From the NCBI RefSeq assembly GCF_009914755.1, contig NC_060947.1: a stretch of 64,000 nt of DNA; one strand, written 5' to 3'. Shown here piece after piece: positions 41,215-55,300 of this stretch (within the stretch, counting starts at the first letter, position 1; the number at the start of each line of letters is the position of its first letter). Both the position numbers and the translations under genes were made by a program. The notes beneath the pieces were generated by a model, which had not been told where the DNA came from, did not search any database, and worked only from the letters and a program-made list of their open reading frames with translations. The DNA is from the human T2T-CHM13v2.0 reference genome, Homo sapiens.

Positions 41215-41690
41215 GTGATGTGGCTGAGATTACTAGCTGTCTCTTAATATTCACTGTCCCCTCCTTCAGTGGTAATGGAACCCCCAAGTTGTAGCTGGGC
41301 ACGTGGCCACACAAAACAAATACTATAGTTCTGAGTGTCCTTTCAGCTATATGTGGCAGGTGATTAAGTTCTGGTCTAAGAGAGGTAAATGGAAGTGTTA
41401 TCTCCAGTCCCTCGAGTCAGGCCTTTAAAGAGAATAGACCTTTTCTCCCCTTACCTGTTTTTCCTTTCCTCCAGCCTGCTTGTTAGAATGTGGTCTTGGC
41501 ATTGAGCCACCTTTGATCAAACAAATGAGGGAAACACCCTAGGCATGGCAGAACAAGTTGAGAGTAGCCCAAGGCCCTTGTTGGCCTCATGCAATAAAGC
41601 TGCGTACTTTATGACCAGACAGTCATGTGAGGGCAACATAAACCACTGTCTTTTTAAAGCAGAACCTGTGATCTAAAACTAATTAGAGGA
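41215..41690. mobile_element. LTR33-like ERVL LTR
   Basis: tagctgggcacgtggcc...cagctatatgtggcaggtgattaagttctgg. Confidence 0.55.
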
Positions 41691-41738
41691 GTATTGAAAA
41701 ATGCATATCAAAACACTTTAAAAGCTCATATCCTTTTA

Positions 41739-42033
<295 letters not shown>

Positions 42034-42360
42034 TCATATCCTTTTAACCCCAAATTTCCAGGTAATCAAAGAAGTATGTGCTTCTACAATCTCTTTTCCA
42101 CATAACCTTTGAGTCTGAAGCTCCTGCAGCATTCTTATGAAGGGCCACATTTAGCTTATGTAGCATTTCCTTTGGCTAAAGCCTCTGACCAAGTACCTGG
42201 GAAATAAACCATACTCAGCCACCCCACTTGCAAATATTACAACCACAAAATGTTGAAGTAGACATTTTTCACAGGGACAAAAATACAATATGACAACACT
42301 TCAATGTCCCCCTTTGAGGTTTTCAAAGTCCTGAATGTTGTAAATAAGAGGATATAAGTG

Positions 42361-42628
42361 GGCCAGACACTGAGGCTCATGCCTGTGATCCCAGAACTTT
42401 AGGGGGCCTAGGCGGGCAGATCACTTGAGGTCAGAAGTTCGAGACCAGCCTAGCCAACATGGTGAAACCCTGTCTCTGCAGGCAGGTGCCTGTAATCCCA
42501 ACTACTCAGGAGGCTGAGGCAGGAGAATTACTTCAATCAGGAGGTGAGGTTGCAGTGAGCCAAGGTTGCACCACTGCACTCCAGCCTGGGAGATAGAGCA
42601 AGACTCTGTCTCAAGAACAAAAAAAAAA
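42361..42628 (+). mobile_element. AluS with central linker deleted
   Basis: Left arm joins directly into ggcaggtgcctgtaatccc; TSD aggatataagtg. Confidence 0.9.
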
Positions 42629-43130
42629 GGATATAAGTGCTGGAGGACCCTCTATGGCTTTCTAGTGATTCTGCTGCTATGAGCTGCTCACAGGTGCCAT
42701 AGCACTTCTTCCACCATCATGAGTTGTTGCCACAGTTTTCCGAATGCTGTTCTGGCAGTGCACTCACATGGCTTTAATCTTTTGCTGTCTCCACATTTTC
42801 CAATGACTGGCAGCTCACTCCACATGCTTTGGTTATTATCAGAATATCCTGAAATTCAAGTTTTCTCTCAATGAATCATGTTATTTCTATCAACAGTGTA
42901 CACTGTTCTTCCCGCAAAAGTGCTAGTTAAAGAAGATAGCTGATTCCATAACCTGAGATTAATCACTGCTGGATGAGCAAAGTCAAGCATGCCAGGGAAA
43001 CAGAACTATATGGAGTAGAATCATTCCAAAGAGCATGGCCTTGTCTTCCATTTTAAAGCATCAATGGAGGGTTAGAATGACTAGCACCTCTTACCCTCTA
43101 GCCCCACTTTACTCCTTAGAAAAGGGTGGG

Positions 43131-43241
43131 GTTCTCACTTTAGCAATACATATACTAAAAATGGGATGATACAGATGAGATTAGCATAGCCCTTGGACAA
43201 GGATGACACATAAATTCTTGAAGCATTCCATTAAAAAAAAA
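43131..43241 (+). pseudogene. U6 snRNA retropseudogene
   Basis: Full-length diverged U6 (acatatactaaaa...gatacagatgagattagcatagccc...caaggatgacac...gaagcattccat); A tail; TSD aaaagggtggg/aaaaggttggg. Confidence 0.93.
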
Positions 43242-43599
43242 GATTTTTTAAAAAGGTTGGGGAACTCTTAGGGAGGTCCTAAGCCCTCCTTATTTTCTTG
43301 ATACTTACAACCAGAAGACAATGAAGTATACGTACAAATTTTCACATGCAAACACTTTCTTGGCTTCCACTATCTATGACCATGGCTTAAATACAGATGT
43401 AGAAATAGAGGCCAGAGAAGTTAAATGATGTTCCATCAATCTTCTTTCATTCTAGTTTGTGTATTTAAGTATTGCCACTGTGATCATTTTTCAGCTTTGC
43501 AAAAATTTCAGTTCACAGACTTGTCTGTTTTTACCAAATCCATCAGCCAGATTTTGCTTTTTCCCCTTCTTTATTAAATCGAGATCGGCTTGCATTCCC

Positions 43600-45355
43600 C
43601 AAACTAAACTTGTCCCTCTGCCTTTTTATTATAACTTCCTAACAAAATCCCAATTCTGGATGAATCAAACTCAGATTTTTTCTGTGCTTGTACCTGAGCA
43701 GGTGAGTGCCCATGAAAGAAGTCCCACTATAGATTAGTTCCATGATAAGTGCATAACATTTCATTTTAAATAAGCCCACAGTACTACTCAGAAGCCCTAT
43801 TGCTTGTCTCTGTTCAACTTCATTCCATTACTGACCATTACAAACCTTTTCCATTCTCTTAAATCGTCTCATCCCTTCTCCCCTGATCTCAGCACATGAG
43901 CTTGCCTCTTACTTTGAAAAACAAAATCGAAACCATCAGATGGAAATTCCCTCATCTTTCTGATTTGAAACAAGAATCTTTCCACATTCTCTCCTTTCCC
44001 TCCTGCTCTTCGTGTCTGTTTTGAATTCTAACACTGCTCACACCTTCAAAAATGTTACACTCATTTTTTTCATCTCTCTTATATATCTTCCACATACATA
44101 AGATGTATGTATGGATACACACATCTCAGCTAAATGTATCTCATTCACTTTTAAACCTGTTCATTTCTCCCTGACCATAAATATAGAAACAAATTACCTT
44201 GCCTACATATTTGTCTGCAGCTACTGCCCCAATACTCCCATCTTCTTCACAGCCAAATTTCCAGAAACTTCCCCTCTAGCTCTTCATCACTCCATTTTCT
44301 TCTGGGTTCTTCCTTCACCTCACCACCAATCCATGGCTCTACTGAAACAGATGCCACTAGAATAAATAATGACCTCCACGTTACTGAATCTAATTAATAT
44401 TTTAATCCCAATCTTATTTATATTTCAGCAGCATTCACCTGTTTATCATCATCCTTCTTAAAACACCTTTCCCTCGGCTTTTCTGACACCTGTTTCCCAG
44501 TTTTCTTTCTACCTCTCTGGTCACTTTTTCATTTCATTTTCAGGCTTATCCATTACTTATCCTAACAGTAAATGTCAGAGTTCTTTGAGGTTTGGCCCAA
44601 GGCCTTCACCTCTTCTGATTCTATATTCTCCCTAGGTAATTTTATCTGCCCCCACAGCTTCCATTATCCTCTATATACCAATGACTTCCAAACATATAAC
44701 TCTGATATACTTTGGATATTTGTCCTCTCCTAATCTCATGCTGAAATCTGATCCCCAATATTGAAAGTGGGGCCTAGTGAGAGGTCTTTGGCAGATCCCT
44801 CATGAATGGCTTGGTGCTGTCCCCTTGGTAATGAGTCAGTTCTTGCTCTATTATTAGTTCATGTAGATCTGATTGTTAAAAAGAGCCTGGCACGTTCCTC
44901 CTCACTCTCTCTTCTTCCCTCTCTTGCATGTGACACACCTGCTCCCACTTTGCCTTCCACCATGATTGAAATCTTCTTGAGGTCCTTACCAGAATCTGAT
45001 GACAGCACCATGCTTCTTGTACAGCCTGCAGAAACATGAACCAAATAAACTCTTTTACCTATAAACTACCCAGCCTCAGGTATTCCTTTATAGCAACACA
45101 AAACAGACTGAGACAATCTCCCATGTGAACTATTCTTCTAGCTCCAGGGATGTATATCTAATTGCTTTTAAAATATCTTCACTTGGAAGTCTCAAACATA
45201 CGTCAAATGCAAAATGTCAAATGCCAGAATCATGATCTCCCACTTGAAAACAGGTGTTCTTGCAGTATCCATTCAACAGTAGAAGCCAGAGAGTTACCCT
45301 AGACATCTACGCACCACCATAGCCAATCCATAGTCAAGTCCTGTCCATTTCTCAA
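43600..45355 (+). mobile_element. L2 remnant interrupted by an MST LTR
   Basis: Pyrimidine-rich L2 motifs (aatgacctccacgttactgaatc, ttcacttggaagtctcaaac). Confidence 0.7.
44703..45115 (+). mobile_element. MSTB-type MaLR solo LTR
   Basis: tgatatactttggatatttgtcc...cccagcctcaggtattcctttatagcaacacaaaacagactgagaca. Confidence 0.88.
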
Positions 45356-45548
45356 ATATCACTCATCAGTCACCAAAGGATTTTTCTCAACAATATTTTT
45401 AAGCTATATAATTAACAAACTTATCAAAGAAGAGCATGGAGAAGAAAGTATATCTTCCTTGGAACAGTACTAAATTTCTGCTTAGTCAGATTATCTTAAA
45501 GTGTCTAGAAAATCCTTCAATACATGATTTCAAATTACTGATGGATGA

Positions 45549-45909
<361 letters not shown>

Positions 45910-47459
45910 AACACAACTTATGATCTTCCTTTTCTTTATTTCCTTTATCAAATTCTAGGATGACTTCCCAAGCCAGAAACCTACAAGTCTTCTTAGATTC
46001 CTCTCTCTCATTTATCCTCAACCACCATTTTATGCACATACACAATATCCTAAAGATTCTAAGCATCTTTGCAGTCCATCTGTATCACTCCTTTTTCACT
46101 GCCACGACAGATTCTAGCCATCACCATCTCTTGCCTAATCAACAGCAATAACCTCCTAATGCATTTTCCGTCTTACAATAAGTCAGGTTCTGGTCATTCT
46201 CACACTGTAGCTAGTATGACCTTCTAAAAAGTCAAATAAGTTCAAACTTTTTCATTGGTTTCCCAGTGCTCTGCAGAATAATTTGTAATAACTCACAATT
46301 CAATGTGCTTCTGGTGTGACAGTGTTTTTCTAAGCACTTCACTGTATTAATTCACTTAGTCCTTACTATGGTATTATGAAGTAGGTACTGATGTTATCAC
46401 ATTTTACTAATATAGAAACTGTGACACAGAGAAGCTACATGATTTCCTTGGGGTCTCATAGCTATCAAGTGATGGAGCCAAAATTCAAAGCCTGGCAATG
46501 CCATTTCAGAGTTTGTGCCTTTAGCCTCTATATTGTGTTGTCGTATAAAACAACATACGAAATGTTTAGCATGGCAAGCAATACTTTTCCACTTTTAGAC
46601 TCATCTTCTACTTATAGGTCTTGAAAAGTTGCGTCTTATTTTATCTCTAAGTCTTTTCGCACTGATATCAATACTGCTTTACCTAGTCTAGTCATTTAGA
46701 TTTAGCTCAGGTACTACTTCATTCTATAAGCTTTCTCTATTCTCTCCCCCAGATTGCACTGTGAGTCTCCTCTGTACTCTCTGCTAAAATATAAGTGAAT
46801 ATAATTCTGCAATATTTTAAAAGGCACTCACCATTTAGTGAAGAGGACAGTCTTCTAACCAGACAAGTATGTGGCTACATTATTTTGAGACAATCATTTG
46901 TGGTTTGCTCTGTTTTTTCTCTTTTTCATCCCGTTTCTAGAAGATAAATGGGCCTGTTTATTGTTTCTTACCCAAGGGAATTCCTCCTCCCCTATTGCCA
47001 CTTGTCCACACTTGCCTTCCTGGCTTTAATTTTTCCAAAACCCAGACTCATGGAGAGATTATGCTCTCTCATATCAGTGAGGATATCAAGAGAACAGATG
47101 AAATTCCTTTTAGAGCACTGAGAGATGGAAAAGGAACACAGGCTTTAGACAAAAAGAAGACAGGAGTCTGATAGGAGTTGGTGGTGGCAGGGAATATAGG
47201 GAACAGCTCAACATTTGATGGCAGCAGCCTAAAACAGGGGCAAAAGCTCAGAAAAGTTTCAATGAGTGTGCTGAGCCTGAAATACAGGGGACCCAAACTC
47301 AGCAGTGATCCAGTCCCCCAAGCCCCCAAGCACAGCATAGGAGCAGCAGCAGCAAACATGAAAGGACCATTCCAGGTGGAGACAAAATGGGGTATCAGAG
47401 AGTACATCAGGGAGTTGACAGAAGATTAATGATCAATAGCCAAAAAGGCCTCCCCAATA

Positions 47460-47791
47460 CGGATGGTCTCCAACTTACAATGGTTCAATTTACAATTTTT
47501 TGACTTTATGATGGTGCAAAACCATCACAATTTTGATGTATGTTGAATTTTGATCATTTCCCAGGCTAATGATATGCAGTTACATGAGATAGTCAACACT
47601 TTATTATAAAATAGGCTTTCCGTTAGATGATTTGCTGAACTGTAGGCTAATGTAAGGGTTCTGAGAACGTTTATGGGAGGCTAGGCTAAGCTATGATGTT
47701 GGTAGGTTAGGTGTATTAAACGCATTTTCAGCTTATATTTTCAACATACAATGGGTTTATTATAACCTCATCATAATTTGAGGAGCATCTG
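47460..47791 (-). mobile_element. MER47A-type DNA transposon
   Basis: cggatggtctccaacttac...tgaggagcatctg; reverse orientation relative to the 3821-4234 copy. Confidence 0.8.
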
Positions 47792-50463
47792 TGTTTTGGT
47801 GTAGCCTAAGGCTTCAAAATATTTGCATAACTCAACAGGAGGCTTGAGTATTGACTAAAATTGTGTATCTTACTTTCCTGGCAGAATGTTGACTACAGGA
47901 TAGCTCATAAGAACATTTTAAAATGTGAACTTTCTTGCATATCCATTTGCGGACTAGATTCATACTAATGTCACTTATAATACAATGTAGTAAGTTCCAG
48001 GAAAGAGGCAAGCACTTAGAAGCACAGAGGACAGGTACTCAATCTGGTCTTGGGAATGGTGGTCAGGTAATTAAATAAATGCAGAGAGTTGATAAAGTTT
48101 AATGAATTCAGGGATCTACAAATAGTTTGCTTTGGCTGCAGTATAAGATGTACATAGACATGCTTTTTGAGCCACATTAAATGACTTTGGACTTAATCCC
48201 GAGAGCTATCAGTTAGTACTGAAGGATTTCTAAACCTGAGGGATATATCCAATAGACAGCTCAGTTTAACACATATAAACTGCAAGAATAGGGCTTTTGC
48301 CACCCTTGAAAGAACAGATCTGAGGGGGACAAGAAAGGAGACAGAAGCAACAAGTTAGGAGACTTTTAAATACTTCGGGAGAGAGATAATGAAGGCCCAC
48401 ACTACGAAAATAGTAATGCTCTAAAAAAGATGGAACACATAACATATATTAAGAAGGTAAAATGGACAGGCTTTAGTGATCAGTTGAAAACAGAGAATAG
48501 AACTGGAGAGATTGTAGAGATATTTGGACCACTGAATTTGCACGTAGAATTTGCAATAGAGTAGTTCACAAATGAGACTACAGAGTGACCAGAAAAGTAG
48601 GAGGAAGGAAAGGAGAAAGTGGTATCACAGAAACTAATGAAGCAGAAGATTTCAAAGAGAGAGTATTCAAAAGCAAAGTGTGTCACATGTCAAAAAATTT
48701 GGGGGCTTGGGAAAGTAGGACAAGAATTGAAATGTGTCTGTTGCATTTGGAAATAAGAAGTAATTAGCCACCTTAGTAAAGGCAGTTATATGTGTGGACC
48801 ACTTTTTATTGAAGCCTTGTTATATAGGTTGTACAGAACTTGGTTATACAGGGAATGGTCAAGAAAAGGTGTCTCTTTTATTTACTTTTTATTTTTATTT
48901 TTGTCGTGAAAAGAACTCAATGGGAGGAAAATGTTAAAACTACAGAGAAGAAAGAGGATAATTATGAAAAGAGACCCTGAGAAAGCAAGAGGACAGCATG
49001 GGCTCTAAATCACAGACAAATTGAACTGGGACTGATAGAGGGCGAGTTTTGCCTCTCGGACAGGACAAAAGCATGAGTGAAGATACAATTCAATGTGTGT
49101 GTAAAAAACAGGAAGGTGGGTGGATAAGTGGTTCAAACAGACCTGATGTCTTTTTGTGTGTGTGTGTGAAATAGCAGGCAAGCCCATCTCCTGAGATAAA
49201 TGCATAATAGCTGAGTTGGAGGCTTAAAAAGAGAGGAAAAAGTTTGTAATAGCCACTAAAGAGGATGTAAAAGAGCCAAGGGAATTCCAGCAGAATCTGA
49301 GTAAGGACATGGAGAAGGATCATCTGGTTAGCACTGATTCATTCTGCAGTTCTCAGCTCAGACGTCACCTGCTCAAAGAAGATGAAGTCCCTGTTAAATG
49401 TTTTCAGAGAACTGGCTACCTTTCTTTTAGAGACTTATCATGGTTTTAATCTTATATTAATTTGTGAGATTATCTGATTAATTTATATTTCATTGGACTG
49501 CAATCATATTTGTGAGGTCAGGGATCATATTTATCTTGCTCATCATTGTATCATTTAACCCTTATTTTCCCATCTCTAAAATGTGGAGAACTATAATTCC
49601 TCTCTACATGACCAGGATATGGATATAGTTAGGTTAGCGTGAAACTGGAATTTAAGATATGAGAAGACAGGGACTTCCGATTGTTCATTGATGTATCCCT
49701 GGTGCCTAGCACAGTGCATGACACATTGTAGAAGCTCAATAAGTATCTACCTGAATGAATGAAACAAATATGGCTTCATATTTGGTGTCATAGGACACCA
49801 AGTCTCTTGACTTCCATTCTAGTGCTCTTCCCATTCTCCCACAGCTATCCACAGCAGATGATTGACACATTATGTTTATTATGCTAAGGGTCAATGCATA
49901 TGCATTATTATCTTTGTTTTACTCAAGAAGAAAGTGAAGCTCTGAGAGATGAAGTATCATGTGCAAATTAAACAGCTGGTAAGTGGTGGATCAAAATTCA
50001 ATCCTAGGTCTGCGTCACTCCAAACTCTGATCCCTTTCTAGTATTCCACACTGCCTACTCAGATATTAGACAATAAAAGTTTTCATACATGAACCTTTCT
50101 AGGGGTATGCATAGTTGAAATTGAAACTTTCCCATCAACCTCCCCACTGGCAAAGAAAACTAAACAAACAAAAAAGCATTACTTTAGTGGTAAAAATCTC
50201 AGGAAAAGTAACTATGACAGGCCAATGAAGATAACATTTATGGGCATTCACCTATCACTGCCTCCCACATCACACCATGGAAGCACCTACCAATCTACTC
50301 TATGTGACCCTATACATTATTCATCTCCCCAGAATAAATTTTTACCCCACAGGCACAATGGAAGACCCAATTCTAAAGAGCTTATCTTCTCAGAATTGTC
50401 TCAGAGTGACCACAGAAGCAGCATGGAGTAATGGAAAAAGCCACATAGATCTTGGCATGACAG

Positions 50464-51398
50464 TGATACGGGAGGGGGACAGGAAAGTGCTGGGTAGAGA
50501 AGGATGGAGTCCCTGGCAAGGGCTCCACCCTGGAGCCTGTGCCCATGGACCTAAGCGAGAACAGGCACTCCTGTTTTCATACCCAAATGTTGCATTTTCC
50601 AAGACCACTCTGGCCCACCATGTCCCCCATCCTGTGCCCATAAAAACTTGAGACCATAGCGGACATGGACACGAGCAGTTGGACATCAAGAAGAGCAGAG
50701 GAACACACCAGCAGACACCAGCAGACATCAGCAGACCAGTGATGGCAGAACAACGTGGACACCGAGGGGAGTTTGGCCAGGAGCGGTTGGGGGAGTATCC
50801 AGGGGAAGACCACCTTCCCACTACATCCTCCTTCTGACTCCTCATCCATCTCACTGAGAGCCACCTCCACCACTCAATAAAACCTTGCATTCATCCTCCA
50901 AGCCAACGTGTGATCTGATTTTTCCGGTACACTGGGCAAGAACTCGGGATACAGAAAGGGGGGAGGGATAGCATTAGGAGATATAGCTAATGTTAAATGA
51001 CGAGTTAATGGGTGCAGCACACCAACATGGCACATGTATACATATGTAACTAACCTGCACGTTGTGCACATGTACCCTAAAACTTAAAGTATAATAATAA
51101 TAATAATAAAGCCCTCTGTCCTTGCGGTAAGGCAGAGGGTCTAATTGAGCTGATTAATACAAGCCATCGGCAGACAGCAAAGCTGAAAGAGCACACTGTA
51201 ACACACACCCACTTGGGCTTCAGGAATCATAAACACTCACCCCTAGATGCTGCCATGGGGTTGAAGCCAAAAGTGCTCCCCATGACTTCTGCACCTGCCT
51301 GTCTGCATGCTCCCCCTAGGGGTTTCAGCAGCCTGACACCAATGAACTGACCCCTGTGGCATGACCTGTGAGGGGCATAAGGGAACTCTTCTGTTTCA
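50464..51398 (+). mobile_element. MER50-type solo LTR containing an L1 insertion
   Basis: tgatacgggaggggg...gggaactcttctgtttca; homologous to the 35875-36653 LTR. Confidence 0.8.
50959..51107 (+). mobile_element. Young L1PA 3' fragment (about 150 bp)
   Basis: gggatagcattaggagata...gtaccctaaaacttaaagtataat with (AAT)n tail; flanked by aaag. Confidence 0.92.
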
Positions 51399-51688
51399 AT
51401 ACTTGAGCTATCTCTATCCCAATTTTCTTATCTATAAAACGAAGGCAATATTACTAGCCTACATAAGGCTTACGAAATGATTAAATGGAATAGTGTATGT
51501 AAAATGTCTGTAGCACAGTGGGCATAGTAATTCAATTGTTAGCTGTCTAGTGCTTCCCTCATATCCAGAAGCCAACTCCTATTGATTCCTTGAAGACACT
51601 AAAAATATATCAAAAGGAACAAGCAACCCACCCCACCCTGACTTCTCCAAGTTGTAGCAAAATACACATGGTACATTACTTTGATTTT

Positions 51689-51689
<1 letters not shown>

Positions 51690-51726
<37 letters not shown>
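51690..51726 (+). repeat. Poly(A)37
   Basis: Direct reading. Confidence 0.95.
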
Positions 51727-51727
<1 letters not shown>

Positions 51728-52257
51728 CCCTGGAAGCAGCAACTAATCATTTACAGGTAAGATCTCAGCACCAAAAAAATAAAAACAATCAAATAGGCAT
51801 TCTGCCTCTCCTTTGTCTTATCCTACTGTTTAAATAGTTATTTCTAACATTTTATTGCCTTTCATGACATTAGGTAGAGTCAGGACATCTGGTTCATTGT
51901 ACAGATGAGGAAAGTAAGATAGGGAGGGTGGGGTGTCCATTCCAAGGTCACACAGCTATACAAGGGAGATCTAGAACTGGAAACCAGATTTCTTAGTCCT
52001 TCGTTTAGTACTCTCCCCACTTAGTAATAATAATGATAATAATAATTCTGTGCAATTTACTTGAGTCACAAACTCTCTAAAACATTATAGAATTTATTAA
52101 AATTTCAGTCAAAAATAGCTGAAATCTTTTATTGTCTAATACCTTAGTAAGCAGTGTGGAATAGGAGAAAGAGCTCAGATTTTGAAGTAAGGAAGACCTG
52201 GGATTGAATTCTAATTCCACTCTAAAGCATTCCAGAGTTTTAAAAATTTCAATCAAA

Positions 52258-52375
52258 AATAGCTGGTGTGTGCTTGTAGTACCAGCTACTTGAGGGGCTA
52301 AACAGGGAGGATTGCTTGATCCCAGGAATTCAAGTCCAGCCTGGGCAACAGAGTGAGAACCAATCTCTTTAAAAA
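52258..52375 (+). mobile_element. FLAM/Alu monomer fragment
   Basis: cagctacttgagggg...gggaggattgcttga...ccagcctgggcaacagagtgaga. Confidence 0.8.
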
Positions 52376-55300
52376 GTTGTTTTTTAAAGAGCTGGTTAAT
52401 CCTTGGTGTTCATGTCCTGGTTTTATGTATCTTCTTACATATTTAAAGAAGAAAACTAATCTGGAGGCATCCAAAATGGGTGCAGTTTGTAAAAGTGATG
52501 TTCATTATTTAAGTGTTAACTATAGAGGAAAACAAACATCAGAAGTATAAGATGATAGTTCATTTCAGAGCAAAAGCTGTGAAAATTGGAAATTTTATAT
52601 GAATAACTCTACTGTATAATGAAACCATAATATATGAACAAATTATATCATGCATAAAAGGACATGCATATTCTATAACTTAATTCAAAACATCATACAA
52701 AGATAATGAAATCATTCATTTTAGAGAAGTTCTGATTATCTGTGAGCTTGAGATAAAAGTTGCTGCAAAGTCAAGGATTTTGACTTAAAGAAAAAAATCA
52801 CATAGAAATTAATCTCAGAGAACATCCTAACTCTAAAATGCAACTACCTTACCATCACCAAAAAAACCAGGTTTGCTTTAAAGAGGTATGAATTTTATAG
52901 AAAATAAAGGCTAATAAGAAAACCACAATAAAAATTAAAGCAATAGTGCTATCCATACTGATGATCCAGCACCCACTAGCTTCATGTGGGAAAAAAATGC
53001 AGGACTCCCCAGATTATTGTTGTATCAAATCAATTTTTGCCCAAAAAAGATTCATGATCCCATTAGGAAAAGGTGAAGAAAGTGAAACAAATATTCAAAA
53101 TAATTTACCTCTTACCTGCAAACTTCCTCCCCTAAAGTCCCATACTTACTCTATATGAACAATGTGTCCAGTTGTAACCAAATTCTGTAATACCACTGAA
53201 GTCTGTCTCAATGAACAGCTCCTTAGTTTAAATGGATTTTAAAGGATCTTAGAACTAAAGCCTTTCTTTTAAAAAGTAGGAGGAGCTCTTGCTTTATCCA
53301 TGAAAAATACCAACTGTCATTAGAAAATTTGCATTCAAAATAGGTCAGCATTTAAGGTTACATTTGTCAAAAGATTCAGAGGAAATTACAAAGTTCATCT
53401 GAGTGGTTTTTTCCCCTTTTAATTAGTTCCTGATAAAACATCTTAGTATGCCAGTGTTTTCTTTTTGTTGTTGTTTTTGTTTTAGCTATGTGACTCATCA
53501 CTTTGGGAATTAAAAGATAATCCAAAGGTAAGCATTTGATTGCTTCCTCAAAGTGTACTACCCAAAGGCGTTATTATTTTGAGTTTCAAATACCTTTAAG
53601 TACGAAAGGAGTCATAAATAGATAAGGAATCCAGAAACCTGGATTCTACTCTAGGCTTTCCCTCCCAGTCAGCTCTGTGACCTTGGGCAATTTCCTTAAC
53701 CTCTTTGGCCCTCAGTTTCAAAAATTTATTGAATAGGATCTCAGAAGTAATCTAGTCTAACCTCCTATTCCCAAACAAAAATTGTCCCTGTACTTTCCCT
53801 AAGCAATTGTCAGTTTTTCATGTGTAAAGTGAGCCAATAGAACTATGTCATGTCTAAAGCTCCCTTGATTTCTAAAATTCTTGGTGTTGCAATTAAAATT
53901 CAGTAAGTGTTGTGTGTACATTTTGTTTCCCATTGAAAATTTATCAAAACATTCTTTACACAATCAAACAAGAGTTTATTTCAGCCCAGATAAAATTAAG
54001 TAAGTTCAGGCCACCACCAAATTGTCCCTTACCTTCAAGTCTCCAAAGAGTTTTTGTCTGCCCCTGGTTTAATCTCCATGTCCAGGAACCACGCAAAGCC
54101 ATAAGAAGCCAGAATACTTTTGATGCTTTTCTGGAGCAGATGAGATGCCAGTCATTTATTCCCAAAAGGGAATGGATTAAGGCTGTATCCAATCTCTACA
54201 CCATCCAATAGATACAAATTATCTTCCTTGCTTTGGAACACAGGTTCAGACTTGATAATTTCTCTCAGATTCTAAAGATAGGTTTTACACTAAATATGTT
54301 AATAAACAAATAAAAGGCAAGAGTGTGAATGAAGAGTGGGCCATGTGTGCAATCCTCTCTCCACTATTAGCATTATGTTTTACCCCAAGATGTTTTTTAC
54401 CCCTAAATGTCTTTCTTTTTTATTCATTTCCATAGCTGATGTTTCCCCCTAAATTAAAGTTAGGAGGGTGGGAAGAAACTGGGAATTGTTTAGGGAGTTT
54501 GGTATTTACTTTTCGGATGTCAGCTGATTTGGCTGTCTCACAATAATTTTTAGCAGAAATTATTTATCAGGCCTACGGGAGGAATTTTCTAATCAGAATT
54601 TGCTGACACGATGGTAAGAAAAAGAAGATCTAGATTCAAAATCTTCTTTCTTTTTCCTGAGATTGCATTTTCAATTAACTAATTTGTCTTCTTCTATTTA
54701 AAGAAAAGAAAAAAAAAACCTCCAGGAAGTTTTCTTCAAGCTTCCTGTTTCCCCTGAATCCTCTAGCTCCTGCAAATATTTCACTATGCTATAACTTATC
54801 TTTCAATGCCACTAACCCAGCTTTGTGATATTCTTATTATACACCATGATATTGGAGAAGTAGAATTCAAAGAAATAGAAGCATAATAATATCTTGGAGT
54901 AGTAAAGTACATTTATTTGTAGAAATGCAAACCACAAGTTAAATTTAGTTAATCAAATACAGTTGGAAACGATAATGCACCATGCCTTGGTTGTTAAAGT
55001 CCATTAGATATTCCCTTCCACCTTGATTTGATAGCTTAATCAGTGAAAGCATAAGGTAAGCTTTGCTTCTTGGTGTGAAGAAAAATACACTAAAAAGATA
55101 ATTAATTTTAATCTACTAAAAGTCCTATTTGAATGCTTTCTATTGGCATCAATACAAATAAATATATTCTTAGCTTTGAATAAATATATTCTTTGTCATT
55201 GATACTTGTATGCTTGTACCTTAGCAATCATTAATCTCTGCTCCAGATACAAGGCATGTTTCAAGGCCTAAGAAAAGAAGATTTGGGGGTAAACTTGAAT

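Noticed and set aside
50390-50890. Longest ORF (166 aa) as a novel gene
   Set aside because: It lies almost entirely antisense within a MER50-type LTR, has no recognisable domain and shows no exon structure.
52400-55300. Repeat-poor stretch as a hidden gene or conserved element
   Set aside because: No convincing exon chain or RNA motif is visible, and conservation cannot be judged without alignments.
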